DNA of 27,686 bases. It comes from a virus. Lineage: Duplodnaviria; Caudoviricetes. Position numbers and translations under genes: made by a program. The stretch spans positions 1 through 27,686 of IMG/VR virus record IMGVR_UViG_3300033067_000424; one strand, given 5' to 3'. A model generated the notes under the pieces. That model ran no database searches, had not been told where the DNA came from, and was given only the letters and a program-made list of their open reading frames with translations. Positions 15,339 to 25,000 of this stretch are shown in pieces (the stretch's first letter is position 1; each line of letters opens with the position of its first letter).

Positions 15339-16897
15339 ATTATTCCCCCGGTCTGATAAACCATGTCATTGGCAATCCATTGTATTACCAGTGAGTTTGT
15401 CGCTATTTTTATTTTTGCTGATGCGCAATACCCAGTGAATTCGGCAGGGGAAGTCCACTCTTTCGCTATCTCAAACCCACTCCCCCACAATGAAGTCCCC
15501 CATAAGGCCGTATCCCACAACGCTGAATTGTACGTTCCGTATGTTGCAACGCCATAAATGATGTCATCCTTGAAGTCCACATCAATGTCTGTTAGGAACT
15601 GGCACGGTCCGTTGATTGCAAGCACAGGACGGTACATTTCAAATTGCTTGCTTACCCCCGGAGAACCCAAGTAATTAAAGGCTTGTTTGCCATACGCTTC
15701 AATGTTTGAACCATCGTCATCTGTTCCGGTCCATGCTTTTTTAACCACTGTACCGGAAACAAAAAACAATTCCCCATTGAATACCGCAAAGTCAGTTGCA
15801 TCCCATTCAAGGAATCTGCACCAAGCTTTTGTGCGAGTGTTCATCACATACTGACGGCTCTCTGAATCCTCAGAGATTGGTACATTAATTATCAGAGCCT
15901 CTTGGGCCGGATAAACAGTAGCGCACCACCCAAAATTATCGCCGTAGCTGATAGCATCTTGGTTGAACGTATTCTGTATTTTGTCGGAATAAGACGATTT
16001 GTAATCAATGATGGATGATTGGATTGCTGTTGAAAGCGGCAAAACACCATTCTCGTTGATTATTAGCAAGTCACCGCCAAACTTGGTTAAGCACCTTCTT
16101 CCAAGTGGGTCGCCTAATACAAATCGTCCAACCATAGACCACGTTGTTGCGCTGCTTGGGTCATTTCCTACATAGACAATAACTTCGCCTTTTGATGTAA
16201 CAAATACAGCCCTGTCATCGGGGCCATTGCCACCATCAATTGTCAGTGAGCTTGCAGCAATGATATATCCGCCTTTTTGGGCGACTCCAGACAGGTCAAA
16301 CTTTGTCAGGGCACCACCAGCAGCACCAGAGGCTAGATACCAAAAGCAAAGTTGGTTTTTTTCAAGGAAACAAAGCCGTCCTTTGAACATAAAAGGATAG
16401 ATCAAATTGGTTGTGGTAACGCCAGTTAATGCAGGAGTGCTTGCCCCATCAACCGCAGTCCATGTTGATCCATTGTAGTAAAGAGGCTTGTCAACCCCAT
16501 TACACATGATAAGCCACTGGTTTGTCCCATCACCAAAGTTGACCCAATTATGCTTCCCGTTTGTCCTAGCAGCAACAGAAGCACCAACTGCCCCCGGAGA
16601 TGAAACATTGTATGTACCACTTTCCGTGGTACACCACATGGTACTGGTGCCTGATAGTCCGTTATACACAGCCAACGTCTTACCGTTTCCGGTCATGGCA
16701 GTGGCATAGCTATCAGAGCCACCACGCAACTCTACATACGTTCCATGCGGAAAAAAGTTGTCCAAAGCAATTGCATCAGTCGGCGGCATTGCAGCAAGCG
16801 CATCACGCGAATTCAATCCTCCAACAGGAGCAGCATAAGACGTGCTTTTGGCAATTTGCTGCCGCTGAATTGCTTTGGCTCTTAGAGCCTGTCTCAT
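15335..16897 (-). CDS. Tail stabilisation/nozzle protein (P22 gp10 / tail tubular B-like)
   Basis: N-terminal APVGGLNSRD..A.MPPTDA..LDNFFP, beta-rich sequence and position after the adaptor; ATGA overlap at 16894-16897. Confidence 0.8.
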   Translation of the reverse strand: MRQALRAKAIQRQQIAKSTSYAAPVGGLNSRDALAAMPPTDAIALDNFFPHGTYVELRGGSDSYATAMTGNGKTLAVYNGLSGTSTMWCTTESGTYNVSSPGAVGASVAARTNGKHNWVNFGDGTNQWLIMCNGVDKPLYYNGSTWTAVDGASTPALTGVTTTNLIYPFMFKGRLCFLEKNQLCFWYLASGAAGGALTKFDLSGVAQKGGYIIAASSLTIDGGNGPDDRAVFVTSKGEVIVYVGNDPSSATTWSMVGRFVLGDPLGRRCLTKFGGDLLIINENGVLPLSTAIQSSIIDYKSSYSDKIQNTFNQDAISYGDNFGWCATVYPAQEALIINVPISEDSESRQYVMNTRTKAWCRFLEWDATDFAVFNGELFFVSGTVVKKAWTGTDDDGSNIEAYGKQAFNYLGSPGVSKQFEMYRPVLAINGPCQFLTDIDVDFKDDIIYGVATYGTYNSALWDTALWGTSLWGSGFEIAKEWTSPAEFTGYCASAKIKIATNSLVIQWIANDMVYQTGGIM

Positions 16898-17610
16898 GGC
16901 AATGTCCAACTACCTGTAGGAACGAATATACCCGGCTGCGGGCCTCTGAATGCTCCACCATCGGCATGCAGGATGGTTTTTCCCCCATCCCTTCCCATTG
17001 CATCCTTGATCTGCATTTCGTAGGTCCGGAAATCTTCGGCGTAATCCAAACCCTTTTCCTTTTTCCACGTCCACCGAAGTCCCATAATCATCAGGGATTC
17101 AGGAAGGATGAAGGTGTCTGTATCGAGGTTGAATGAACTGCTGTAGGTTATTCCGTCAGCCCCAAGAATCCAGTTTCTGCTGACATATTCCCAATACCAC
17201 GACTCATTGGCAGGCGGAACTGGATTTACAAGCAATAGATTGCCACGAATCCGAAACCGATAGTAAGGGCCATTGACAAACAGCGCCTTGAGCATTTGCC
17301 ATTCACGAGCATCAAGTGGGCCACAAACCGGAAGCCGTCTGGTGCGACTCCAGATCGTCTGATTCTTGATGTACCTGAATCCATTAGGGCACAGCGTTGA
17401 CATCGCCCCCTGAGACTCTGTTGCCGTGGTCGTCAGGGATGCCTCATAGGTCAATTCCTGCCACGATCCCCTAGACGCAAGGTCGTTACCTATTTCTTCC
17501 AGCAGCGCCCGTATCTGGATAATTTGAGGATCGGCACTTCCCATAACGCTAACAGGTACAGGAAGCTTTGTACGCTGACAAAAACTTTGCACTACTGTTA
17601 GCAGGCTCAT
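16894..17610 (-). CDS. Head-tail adaptor (tail tubular A-like)
   Basis: MSLLTVVQ, YRFRIRG and LMIMGLRW.WKKEKGLDYAE motifs; synteny. Confidence 0.75.
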   Translation of the reverse strand: MSLLTVVQSFCQRTKLPVPVSVMGSADPQIIQIRALLEEIGNDLASRGSWQELTYEASLTTTATESQGAMSTLCPNGFRYIKNQTIWSRTRRLPVCGPLDAREWQMLKALFVNGPYYRFRIRGNLLLVNPVPPANESWYWEYVSRNWILGADGITYSSSFNLDTDTFILPESLMIMGLRWTWKKEKGLDYAEDFRTYEMQIKDAMGRDGGKTILHADGGAFRGPQPGIFVPTGSWTLP

Positions 17611-17618
17611 GGCTTATC

Positions 17619-18335
17619 CTAAATGACTTCTTGTGAGACTTGCTTAGGTGGCCTTCCGGGGCCGCGCCTGATAACCGGAGCGTCATCAAGAATGTCTGAC
17701 ACTCCAATTTCGGATGATTGCTCCGGTTGAGAAGTTTGATTGCTTGACGCTTGAGCCATTGCCATCAAAGCTTGAACTTGCGCCGTAAGCGTCTGAACGC
17801 TGATCTTCAGTTGCTCATTCTCAGACTTCAGCGTTGAAACTTCAAGAGTCAATGGCCCCTTGTCATTCAACTGCGCAAGCCAACCCTTTGCTTTGTTGCG
17901 CAGTTCGCTTGCACCCATTCCAACCCGGTGAATCCCCTCGTCATTCATAGCAGCCAAGTCCTCTACGGTGAGGATATTTAGGCGAATCAGGGTTTCTTGT
18001 TGGGCTGGTGAAATGACGCCCCATCCTTTAATCGGAGTGCCATTCAACGGGATTTCTTGACCGTTTTTCCAACGGTTGTATGCATCAATGTACTTGTCCA
18101 TCCATTCTTGAGGCATGCGCCCATTTTGGACATCCTGTTTCATGTTGGAAAGCCATTGCGGAACCTTGATCTTGAAAACATCTTTCGAGTATGGCGGCGT
18201 AATGTTAGCAAAGTCGATGTCTTTTGCAACATAGTGTCCTGCTGCAACACTAGCTGCCTTGTCCTCTACAGGAACCCGCTCAAAACGAACATAAGCGGGG
18301 CGATCCTTGCGTTCCAATACGTCGTTGACTGACAT
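17619..18335 (-). CDS. Head-module protein with an HhH-like core, coiled coil and C-terminal AT-hook-like motif
   Basis: GTPIKGW...LNILTVEDLAAMND...GMG and RRGPGRPPK; SD AAGGAG. Confidence 0.75.
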   Translation of the reverse strand: MSVNDVLERKDRPAYVRFERVPVEDKAASVAAGHYVAKDIDFANITPPYSKDVFKIKVPQWLSNMKQDVQNGRMPQEWMDKYIDAYNRWKNGQEIPLNGTPIKGWGVISPAQQETLIRLNILTVEDLAAMNDEGIHRVGMGASELRNKAKGWLAQLNDKGPLTLEVSTLKSENEQLKISVQTLTAQVQALMAMAQASSNQTSQPEQSSEIGVSDILDDAPVIRRGPGRPPKQVSQEVI

Positions 18336-18377
18336 TTAGGCTCCTTGGTTTATCAGTGCATTCCAGATGAATACACT

Positions 18378-18402
18378 GAGAAACCCCCTCTTTCGAGGGG
18401 GC
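18378..18402 (-). terminator. Intrinsic terminator after the capsid and decoration genes
   Basis: On the minus strand CCCCCTC-GAAA-GAGGGGG is followed by TTTCTC, directly after the stop. Confidence 0.75.
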
Positions 18403-18407
18403 CTGTA

Positions 18408-19130
18408 TTACACGATCTGGCCTTGCGCAAACGGACGAGAAATCATCCCAAGACCAAAGCCCGTATAGGTTCCGGTCAAGGTAATCGTGCCGCTGGCAGT
18501 TGCCAGTTTGTCTCCAACAGTTGCAATCGCAGAACCCATGTAAATCCTGCGGCCATCAGGGTCAAGCTTCGCAACTACGGTACTGGCAGGGATGCCCGTT
18601 CCCGACAAAGCCGCGCCAAGGAAAAACCCATCATAGCCGCCAGTGTCCAGCACATAGCTGCCATTGGTGGTAATGGTGGTGCTATTGGTAACGGTTGCAG
18701 TTGCAGACCTCACGTTACGCGTGCCAAGCAATTGCTTGCCGTTTGCCAGGGTTCCAACAATCCCAGCGGCGGCAACTGCCACGGCGGTATCTGCCGCAAC
18801 CGTTGCATTGGTCTTGTAGACCGCTGCGCCTGAAATTTGAATCCAGCCGTAGGTGCCGGATGCCATCGGCGCAACAGCCACGCCAAACGGAAAACCTTGC
18901 CCAGCGGTTGAAGGCAACAGGGTGCCAAGATAAGTCGGTGCCGTTCCAACAACAACAAGACTGCCTTTCAAAATGGCATCGTTTGACTTGATATACTTGA
19001 ACTCGCCATAGCCCCAATAGGGGTCAACAGCGGTCACAACGGAACCAAGAATATTTCGTTGAGTAGTATCAGGCACAAACCAATCATTGAGAGGTTGTGT
19101 ACCTGCGGGACCAGTGATTACTGAATACAT
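18408..19130 (-). CDS. Capsid decoration/cement protein
   Basis: Directly after the major capsid gene; DPYWGYGEFKY, GVAVAPM..GTYGWIQISG.A and RPFAQGQ motifs; SD AGGAG. Confidence 0.75.
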   Translation of the reverse strand: MYSVITGPAGTQPLNDWFVPDTTQRNILGSVVTAVDPYWGYGEFKYIKSNDAILKGSLVVVGTAPTYLGTLLPSTAGQGFPFGVAVAPMASGTYGWIQISGAAVYKTNATVAADTAVAVAAAGIVGTLANGKQLLGTRNVRSATATVTNSTTITTNGSYVLDTGGYDGFFLGAALSGTGIPASTVVAKLDPDGRRIYMGSAIATVGDKLATASGTITLTGTYTGFGLGMISRPFAQGQIV

Positions 19131-19169
19131 GGTGTTTCTCCTGTCTGTACTGTGATATATCGGAAAAAA

Positions 19170-20132
19170 CTAAGCGATGATAACGCCTTGCTGGTGCCGG
19201 TTGCTGCACGTCAGGTTACCCATCCAGAGAATCGGGATCACTTGACCGTCTTGGTTCACAGGGCGCATTTCATCCATGATCGTCAGATCAGCGTCCTGAT
19301 GCACAACAAGCTCAAGGTAGTTGGTGTTGATGAAGTACATATGTTGCGAAGGAATGCCGCTATTGCCGTCAAACAGCACGTCAGCATTCTTGTACTTCAG
19401 CGTGACAAAACCACCGTCAGCAGTCGATTTGTCGTTGTATCGCTTGAGCGACACTTGCGAGCCCTCGAAATACTGGTAATAGGTATTGTCAGCAACAATC
19501 AGATCAGGCTGGTCATCCGGACCGCGATCAATGGACAGCCACAGCGGAAGCATCAGGCCGTTTTCAATCGTGGTAGCCGAAGGCGTAACGCTGTTGACAG
19601 ATGCGTCAAAAACCGTGTTTTGCCAGAAGGTCCAGACCGAAGCATCAATACCACCCACCGTGTTCGTGTTGGTATCAGCGATGATGGCTTGCAGACCGTT
19701 GATCTGGTTCGTCAAGGAACCGGCTGAATACAGGTCGCTGGAAAAGTTGTTGTTGAAAGTGCGCAGAGCGTTCTTGATGCGGGCCTTCGCCAAGTTGATG
19801 ATGCGCGATTCACCAGAGTTGATGCGCAGATCACGGCCAGAAGCAACCACATTCAGCGCAATTTGACGCCACTGGTATTCAGCAGCGGAAATAACGTCCG
19901 ACTGCGAAATGTTCAGAGTGTCCCAATCGCTGTAACGCTGGTACGTTCCATTGGCAGCGTAATCAAGGGGGGTTGCAATGGTCAGACCGCCATCTTCTGT
20001 ACGGGTATTCCCGCGCTTCATCATGTACTTCAGAAGCGCATTGCGATTGGACAAGTTGTCCTTAATTTCCTTGCGATGCTTGCGAAAAGTGGTCGAGACA
20101 AGTTCAGTGAATGTACTATTCGGAGATGGCAT
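19170..20132 (-). CDS. Major capsid protein (HK97 fold)
   Basis: 320 aa after the scaffold; DNLSNRNALL, AAEYQW, QINGLQA, GGID, YFINTNY and ILWMGNLTCSNR..QG motifs; SD AGGAG. Confidence 0.9.
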   Translation of the reverse strand: MPSPNSTFTELVSTTFRKHRKEIKDNLSNRNALLKYMMKRGNTRTEDGGLTIATPLDYAANGTYQRYSDWDTLNISQSDVISAAEYQWRQIALNVVASGRDLRINSGESRIINLAKARIKNALRTFNNNFSSDLYSAGSLTNQINGLQAIIADTNTNTVGGIDASVWTFWQNTVFDASVNSVTPSATTIENGLMLPLWLSIDRGPDDQPDLIVADNTYYQYFEGSQVSLKRYNDKSTADGGFVTLKYKNADVLFDGNSGIPSQHMYFINTNYLELVVHQDADLTIMDEMRPVNQDGQVIPILWMGNLTCSNRHQQGVIIA

Positions 20133-20153
20133 TTTTGGCTCCTAATTAAGTGT

Positions 20154-21179
20154 CTAATGGGCGCGTGAAGTGCCTTTTCGGACAATCTCACGCATTTCAG
20201 CTTCATGATTCCTGCCGAACAATTTCCCGTTAGGCTCTGTCGGAGCTTTACTGGTGTCCCTCGTTCGTATGTTACTGCTTGTTGCTCTCAATGCAGCTTT
20301 TGCTTCTGCTGCGGCTTTTTCGCGTAGGGATTTCTCGTTTTCTGTCTGAACCCGAGCAATCTCCTTTGCGCGAGTGACCGGATTGGCCCACACCGCTTTT
20401 TCATAAGCAGATTCCAAGGATTCGCCCGTTCCGATGAGTTTGATGATGTCATCAGCAACCTCGTCAAAATAGACATTTTTCGGATTTTCTGCAAATTCTG
20501 CTACTTGCTGCGAGACTCGGGCTTTGGCTTCATTAAAAGATGCCTGTTCCCGAGCCGTTAAACCGGATTGTAGAGCATTTACTTTTTCCTGCAACTCCCG
20601 TACAACAGGGTCCACGTTTTGCTGTTCTTGGCCCTGTGGAAGCCCCTGAAGGTCAATTGCGTAAGACTTAGCCAAAGTGGCGAAATACTGTGCTTTTTCA
20701 ATTGGCGTCCCGTTGGTCAGCCGATAGTGGGCATTGAGCAGGGTCTGAACAGCCTTTGGCTCATCAATTCCTTGGGCTTGAAGCATGGCCTTGTATGGGG
20801 TAATAACCTCCCGAAGCTGCCGCCCAAGGCCAGCATCCCCCTTGTATTGCTCCAACCCATCCAGCATCTGCTTTTCCCGGTGCAGTATTTGTTCCTGCGC
20901 TTCGGGAGGGATTTTTGACCAAAGTTCAGCCGTTTCCTTGGCCCAAGACTTCGGGAATGGGCGTTCTACAGGCTTTTCTTCTACGGGCTTGGCTTCGGCC
21001 TCTACAGGCTCATTTTCAACTGGCTCATCAATTGGGTCTGCGGATTCTTCAAGGAAATCGCTTTCTCCATCCTCTTTTTGCTCTCCAAACCCCAATCCTG
21101 CCGATATTTCAGCAACTCCAGCGTCAATGCTGCTGATTTCGGGCGCTGCGGACGCTTCTTGTTGCTGTTCTTCAGACAT
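20154..21179 (-). CDS. Capsid scaffolding protein
   Basis: Acidic N-terminus, PKSWAKE...W.KIP and LESAYEKAVWANP.TR motifs; helical; directly upstream of the capsid gene; ATG at 21179 behind GGAG. Confidence 0.82.
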   Translation of the reverse strand: MSEEQQQEASAAPEISSIDAGVAEISAGLGFGEQKEDGESDFLEESADPIDEPVENEPVEAEAKPVEEKPVERPFPKSWAKETAELWSKIPPEAQEQILHREKQMLDGLEQYKGDAGLGRQLREVITPYKAMLQAQGIDEPKAVQTLLNAHYRLTNGTPIEKAQYFATLAKSYAIDLQGLPQGQEQQNVDPVVRELQEKVNALQSGLTAREQASFNEAKARVSQQVAEFAENPKNVYFDEVADDIIKLIGTGESLESAYEKAVWANPVTRAKEIARVQTENEKSLREKAAAEAKAALRATSSNIRTRDTSKAPTEPNGKLFGRNHEAEMREIVRKGTSRAH

Positions 21180-21627
21180 TTGCAATCTCCACGGTTAAAG
21201 GCTTTACGGGGGCAGTAACGCGGATCGGTTCCGCTGTGGCACCGCCAGCAAGTTCTGATTCAAGCTTTTCTTTTTCTCTTGCGGGCATTTTTTCTAGGGC
21301 CTCGTCTACGCTTGCGTCAAACAATTTCTCAAGTTTTGCTTCAGATTCCTTGTTCCTACGCAAGTAGTCGTCTTTCATGCCGGGGTCATACTCTTGACAG
21401 TTATTCCGTGCCAAATCCTCGATTCTGGCCTGTTTTGTGGTTATGGCACGGCCATCTATGGGGGAGTCATAGCAAATATCAGGCTGAACGTAGGAATACG
21501 GAGCCTTGAGAAAAACCTTTGTGGCTTGAATCCCTTGGCATACAGGGCAGTCAATTGCGTCCACTCCATGCTCTACAAACCGTTCAGTAACATGGCCTCT
21601 CAGGCACTTGAAATCATGAATTGGCAT
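21172..21627 (-). CDS. FmdB-like zinc-ribbon protein
   Basis: MPIHDFKC..GH...CPVC, followed by YDSPIDGRAITT. Confidence 0.8.
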   Translation of the reverse strand: MPIHDFKCLRGHVTERFVEHGVDAIDCPVCQGIQATKVFLKAPYSYVQPDICYDSPIDGRAITTKQARIEDLARNNCQEYDPGMKDDYLRRNKESEAKLEKLFDASVDEALEKMPAREKEKLESELAGGATAEPIRVTAPVKPLTVEIANV

Positions 21628-21629
21628 AG

Positions 21630-22040
21630 TTAGCTCATCAGCAGCAAAAGTGCTTCGTCATCATTGTCAATCTCCCTTTGTTTTACTACGATGTTCCAAA
21701 TCCTAAACAAAGCCATGACTGCATTAGCGTTTTTAGACAAGGCATCCCAATCAACCTTTTCAACTGCCGTAGATGCCTTTGCAAACGGTTTTACAACTGC
21801 TATAGCTTGTTTCTTAACTCCTGATGGCGCATTGGATACACAAATAGCCTTGTAATGCTCTGATGCAACCAAATCCCATAAGGCGTCAATGCTGTTACTA
21901 GGACTTTTAGGCTCTCGTTTGCGATAAACAGGGTATCCACTTCCCCCTTGAGGGATAGTGCTTGTTGGCGTTTCTGCGCCAGCCCAAAAACCCGGTGCCC
22001 AAAATCCCGGAGCAAAGAACCTTGTTGCCCAAAATCCCAT
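21630..22040 (-). CDS. Hypothetical head-region protein with N-terminal F(W/F)APG repeats
   Basis: MGFWATRFFAPGFWAPGFWAG and a C-terminal DNDDEALLLL; tightly packed in the operon. Confidence 0.75.
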   Translation of the reverse strand: MGFWATRFFAPGFWAPGFWAGAETPTSTIPQGGSGYPVYRKREPKSPSNSIDALWDLVASEHYKAICVSNAPSGVKKQAIAVVKPFAKASTAVEKVDWDALSKNANAVMALFRIWNIVVKQREIDNDDEALLLLMS

Positions 22041-22042
22041 GA

Positions 22043-25000
22043 CTATAGGTAGCCCAATGATGCGGTTGAGGTACTTCCGGGAGCAATATTTTTCGCTAGA
22101 ACTTTTTGAATATCAGCAGCAATTGGCGTAACCGCTGCCGCAGCCAAAACAGCATCGGGAACTTCACCAATGCTGGTAAGCACCGTAGAAATGTCCCCGG
22201 TAATGGCATACGTGCCTGTAGTCTGATATGGAACCACATGGTTAGGTTCAGGGTAGATATTTCCCGTTGATCCGGCTACATCAATGATGTCCTCAACCAG
22301 CCCTGTAGTAGCACTACGTCCATACCCACTGGTAATTGTCAATGGAGTCGCATTGGCATTCCGAATCTTCATTGCGGTTAGCAAGTAGTTTGCTGTGTCC
22401 GGCGCCGATATGTACGTGACATCATCATCAATACCCAATGCCGTAGACAACCAATACACAAACGCCGCGTAAATCCGAGGCCATGTCGTTGATCCGCCTG
22501 CCAAATTACATACAACAAGGTCAGTCGCAGCATCGGTAAAGGTAATTCCGGTGACTGTAGACCCATCTACCGCGTTGGAATTGTATGTAGTATCCGCGCT
22601 TTGTGATGCGATGTATGAAACGTCTTTCCCACCGCCGCTAACTGCGCATGTCCCAATGTTGGTGTTGTCTATGAATACCTTGGCAGTTGCTCCGCTCACA
22701 TAAGCAATTCTTAATGCAATCTGTCTAGTTGCCGATGCTGCGCTTGGATCAGTCCAAACACAAGACGATCCGCTGATGACGACGTTTGTGGTGCTTGTGG
22801 TGGAATTGCAAAGAACAGTTCCGCTTGTAACATCTTTGAGGTAAATGCGTGATCCGGGCGTAAACCCCGTCACAGTTACAGATTGGTATTCGACTGGCGC
22901 AACAAATGTCACCGTCCCGGCGCCGGGACTCCCCGCACTAGAGAATGTGGCCCCTGCTGGAATTTCAACCGTGATGTCGTATGCCGTTGTGTTCCAAAAA
23001 AGGTTTGATCCTGTGAACGTTCCATTGGACAGCACGTAATTACTTGCGCTTGTTGGCGTTGCGGTAATTTTCCCGCTTGACATTGCAAAGGTATATGTTC
23101 CAGCAGCGCCAATTGCCATTGTTCCACCGGAAAATGATGGAACGGTAGTCGCTTGTGACCATGTTCCTCCGGTGTACGTGTAAGCAGTACCTCCAGCCAA
23201 TTCCGTAGTAAGCAGATAACTGCCCATCGCAATGGAGCCAGAACCATTAACTACTTTTGTGGTATTGATGGTAATGGCCCCGGCAGCAACCAAGACCCCG
23301 GCTACTGGTGCTGAAATTGGAACCGCATATCCAAAGTTTTCAGTTCTGGCAGACCATGCTTGCGTGTAATCATAAAGCTTTTGGAATGTCTGGTCTGCTG
23401 TAACGGTAATGCTGCTTGTTGATGCTCCGCCAGTTACGGTAATTCCAGTGTAAGCATTTGCCGTTGCTTCACTTGCGGAATAAGACGGATTAGTTGTGAC
23501 GTTTGGCGTTAATTGATCAAACAAATAGCCATAATGCCTTGCTTTTGTAACGTAAGGCGACGATGTTGGAATGCCATCAAAATACACCGTTCCAGTTGTT
23601 GCTGAACTTGCATTTGCGGTAAATGTGACCGTAAAGTTTCCATCAGCACCACTTCCATTGGTTGCGGAAAGGTCTATGGATTGCCACGACAATACTGATT
23701 GAGTTCCAGAGCCTGCACTTCCAGCCGTAATAGCGGTTCCACCATAAGTTGCAGAAACCTGAAACGTGTTGGCATCAACAATGTTGACCACATAATATTC
23801 AGTCAACGTGGCAAAATTTGTTGGCAAACTTCCCGTGGTTGCAAACGATTTTTTTTGCCCCACAGAAAACCCATGTGAGGTCAAGCTTATGTTTTGCGAT
23901 CCATTGCTGAACGTGCAAGTTTTTGCAGACGTTCCAGCGGCCGTAAATGTTTGTGGGCTAATTCCAAGCCCTGAAATTGTGACCGTGGGGGCATTCCACG
24001 TTCCGGAGTTATAAAACAGCGCATCGTATTTGCAAGCTCCAATAATTCGGATGCTTGATCCAGAAGCACAAGGAACGCTTACTGTATAGGTAAGGTTTTT
24101 TCCTGTGGTTGTTGGATTCATGGCAATGCTAGAGGTACTGCCTGTTTTTACGGCATTATTGCGTTTGATGTTGCCGTAAGGTTTCCATATTTCTTGCAAC
24201 GTCACATCGGCGTTTTTGTTAACCAATGCCAATGTGGTGCTGTCATCCATCGGGATACTCCCCGCCGAAAGGAATGTTCCAGCAGACTGAATATTTGCAT
24301 CTGTTAATGAAAAGTTATACGACGTTCCACCAAGCGTTGTTCCGGTTGTCACTTGGTTAAACATTGTCGTCCAAGCCGCTTTGGCCCCAATGTTTGAGGA
24401 CGTAGACGTTGTTGACGTTATTGTTAATTGCCCAAATTCGGATATGCAGAAGTTTGTTCCGCCCTGCATATCTGGATCAACAATAGTAAATATTCCCGGA
24501 TTTTTGAAAGTAAATATCCCGGTGTGACTCCCCGTTACCTTGGGCCTGATCAAAGTGTATGCAGATGAAATGCCGGGGCAAAACACGGGGCCGGTTGTTC
24601 TAGTAACAACCATGTCCGTATCTGTACCCATTAAGCAACCAGCATTCAGAAAGTACCCAACAATGACCCCGGAAGAAACATATAGCGCACTGACCCCGCC
24701 AAATGAAGGCAAGTGGAATACATTGTTGCTTCTGGTGAAATTTGTGGCATTGGCAAACAAATACATGCCAATAGTGCCAGTGCTTGTGAAATCATTAAAC
24801 GCGCATGAATCAAACGACTGCCATCCCGTGTCCGTTGTGTCATTCTGAGAAATAAAGAATGGCACATTTGCACTTGTGTTGACACTAAGGCTGGATGTTT
24901 TCAGATAATTAAACTGAACATGCGAAAGCGTTTTTGATACGGCCGTGGTTGTTGTGGTTGGATTGTAAAAAGCCACATTCCCGCTGCGGCCCGATGCAGA

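Noticed and set aside
19152-19866. + strand ORFs opposite the major capsid gene
   Set aside because: Expected from strong codon bias in a highly expressed gene.
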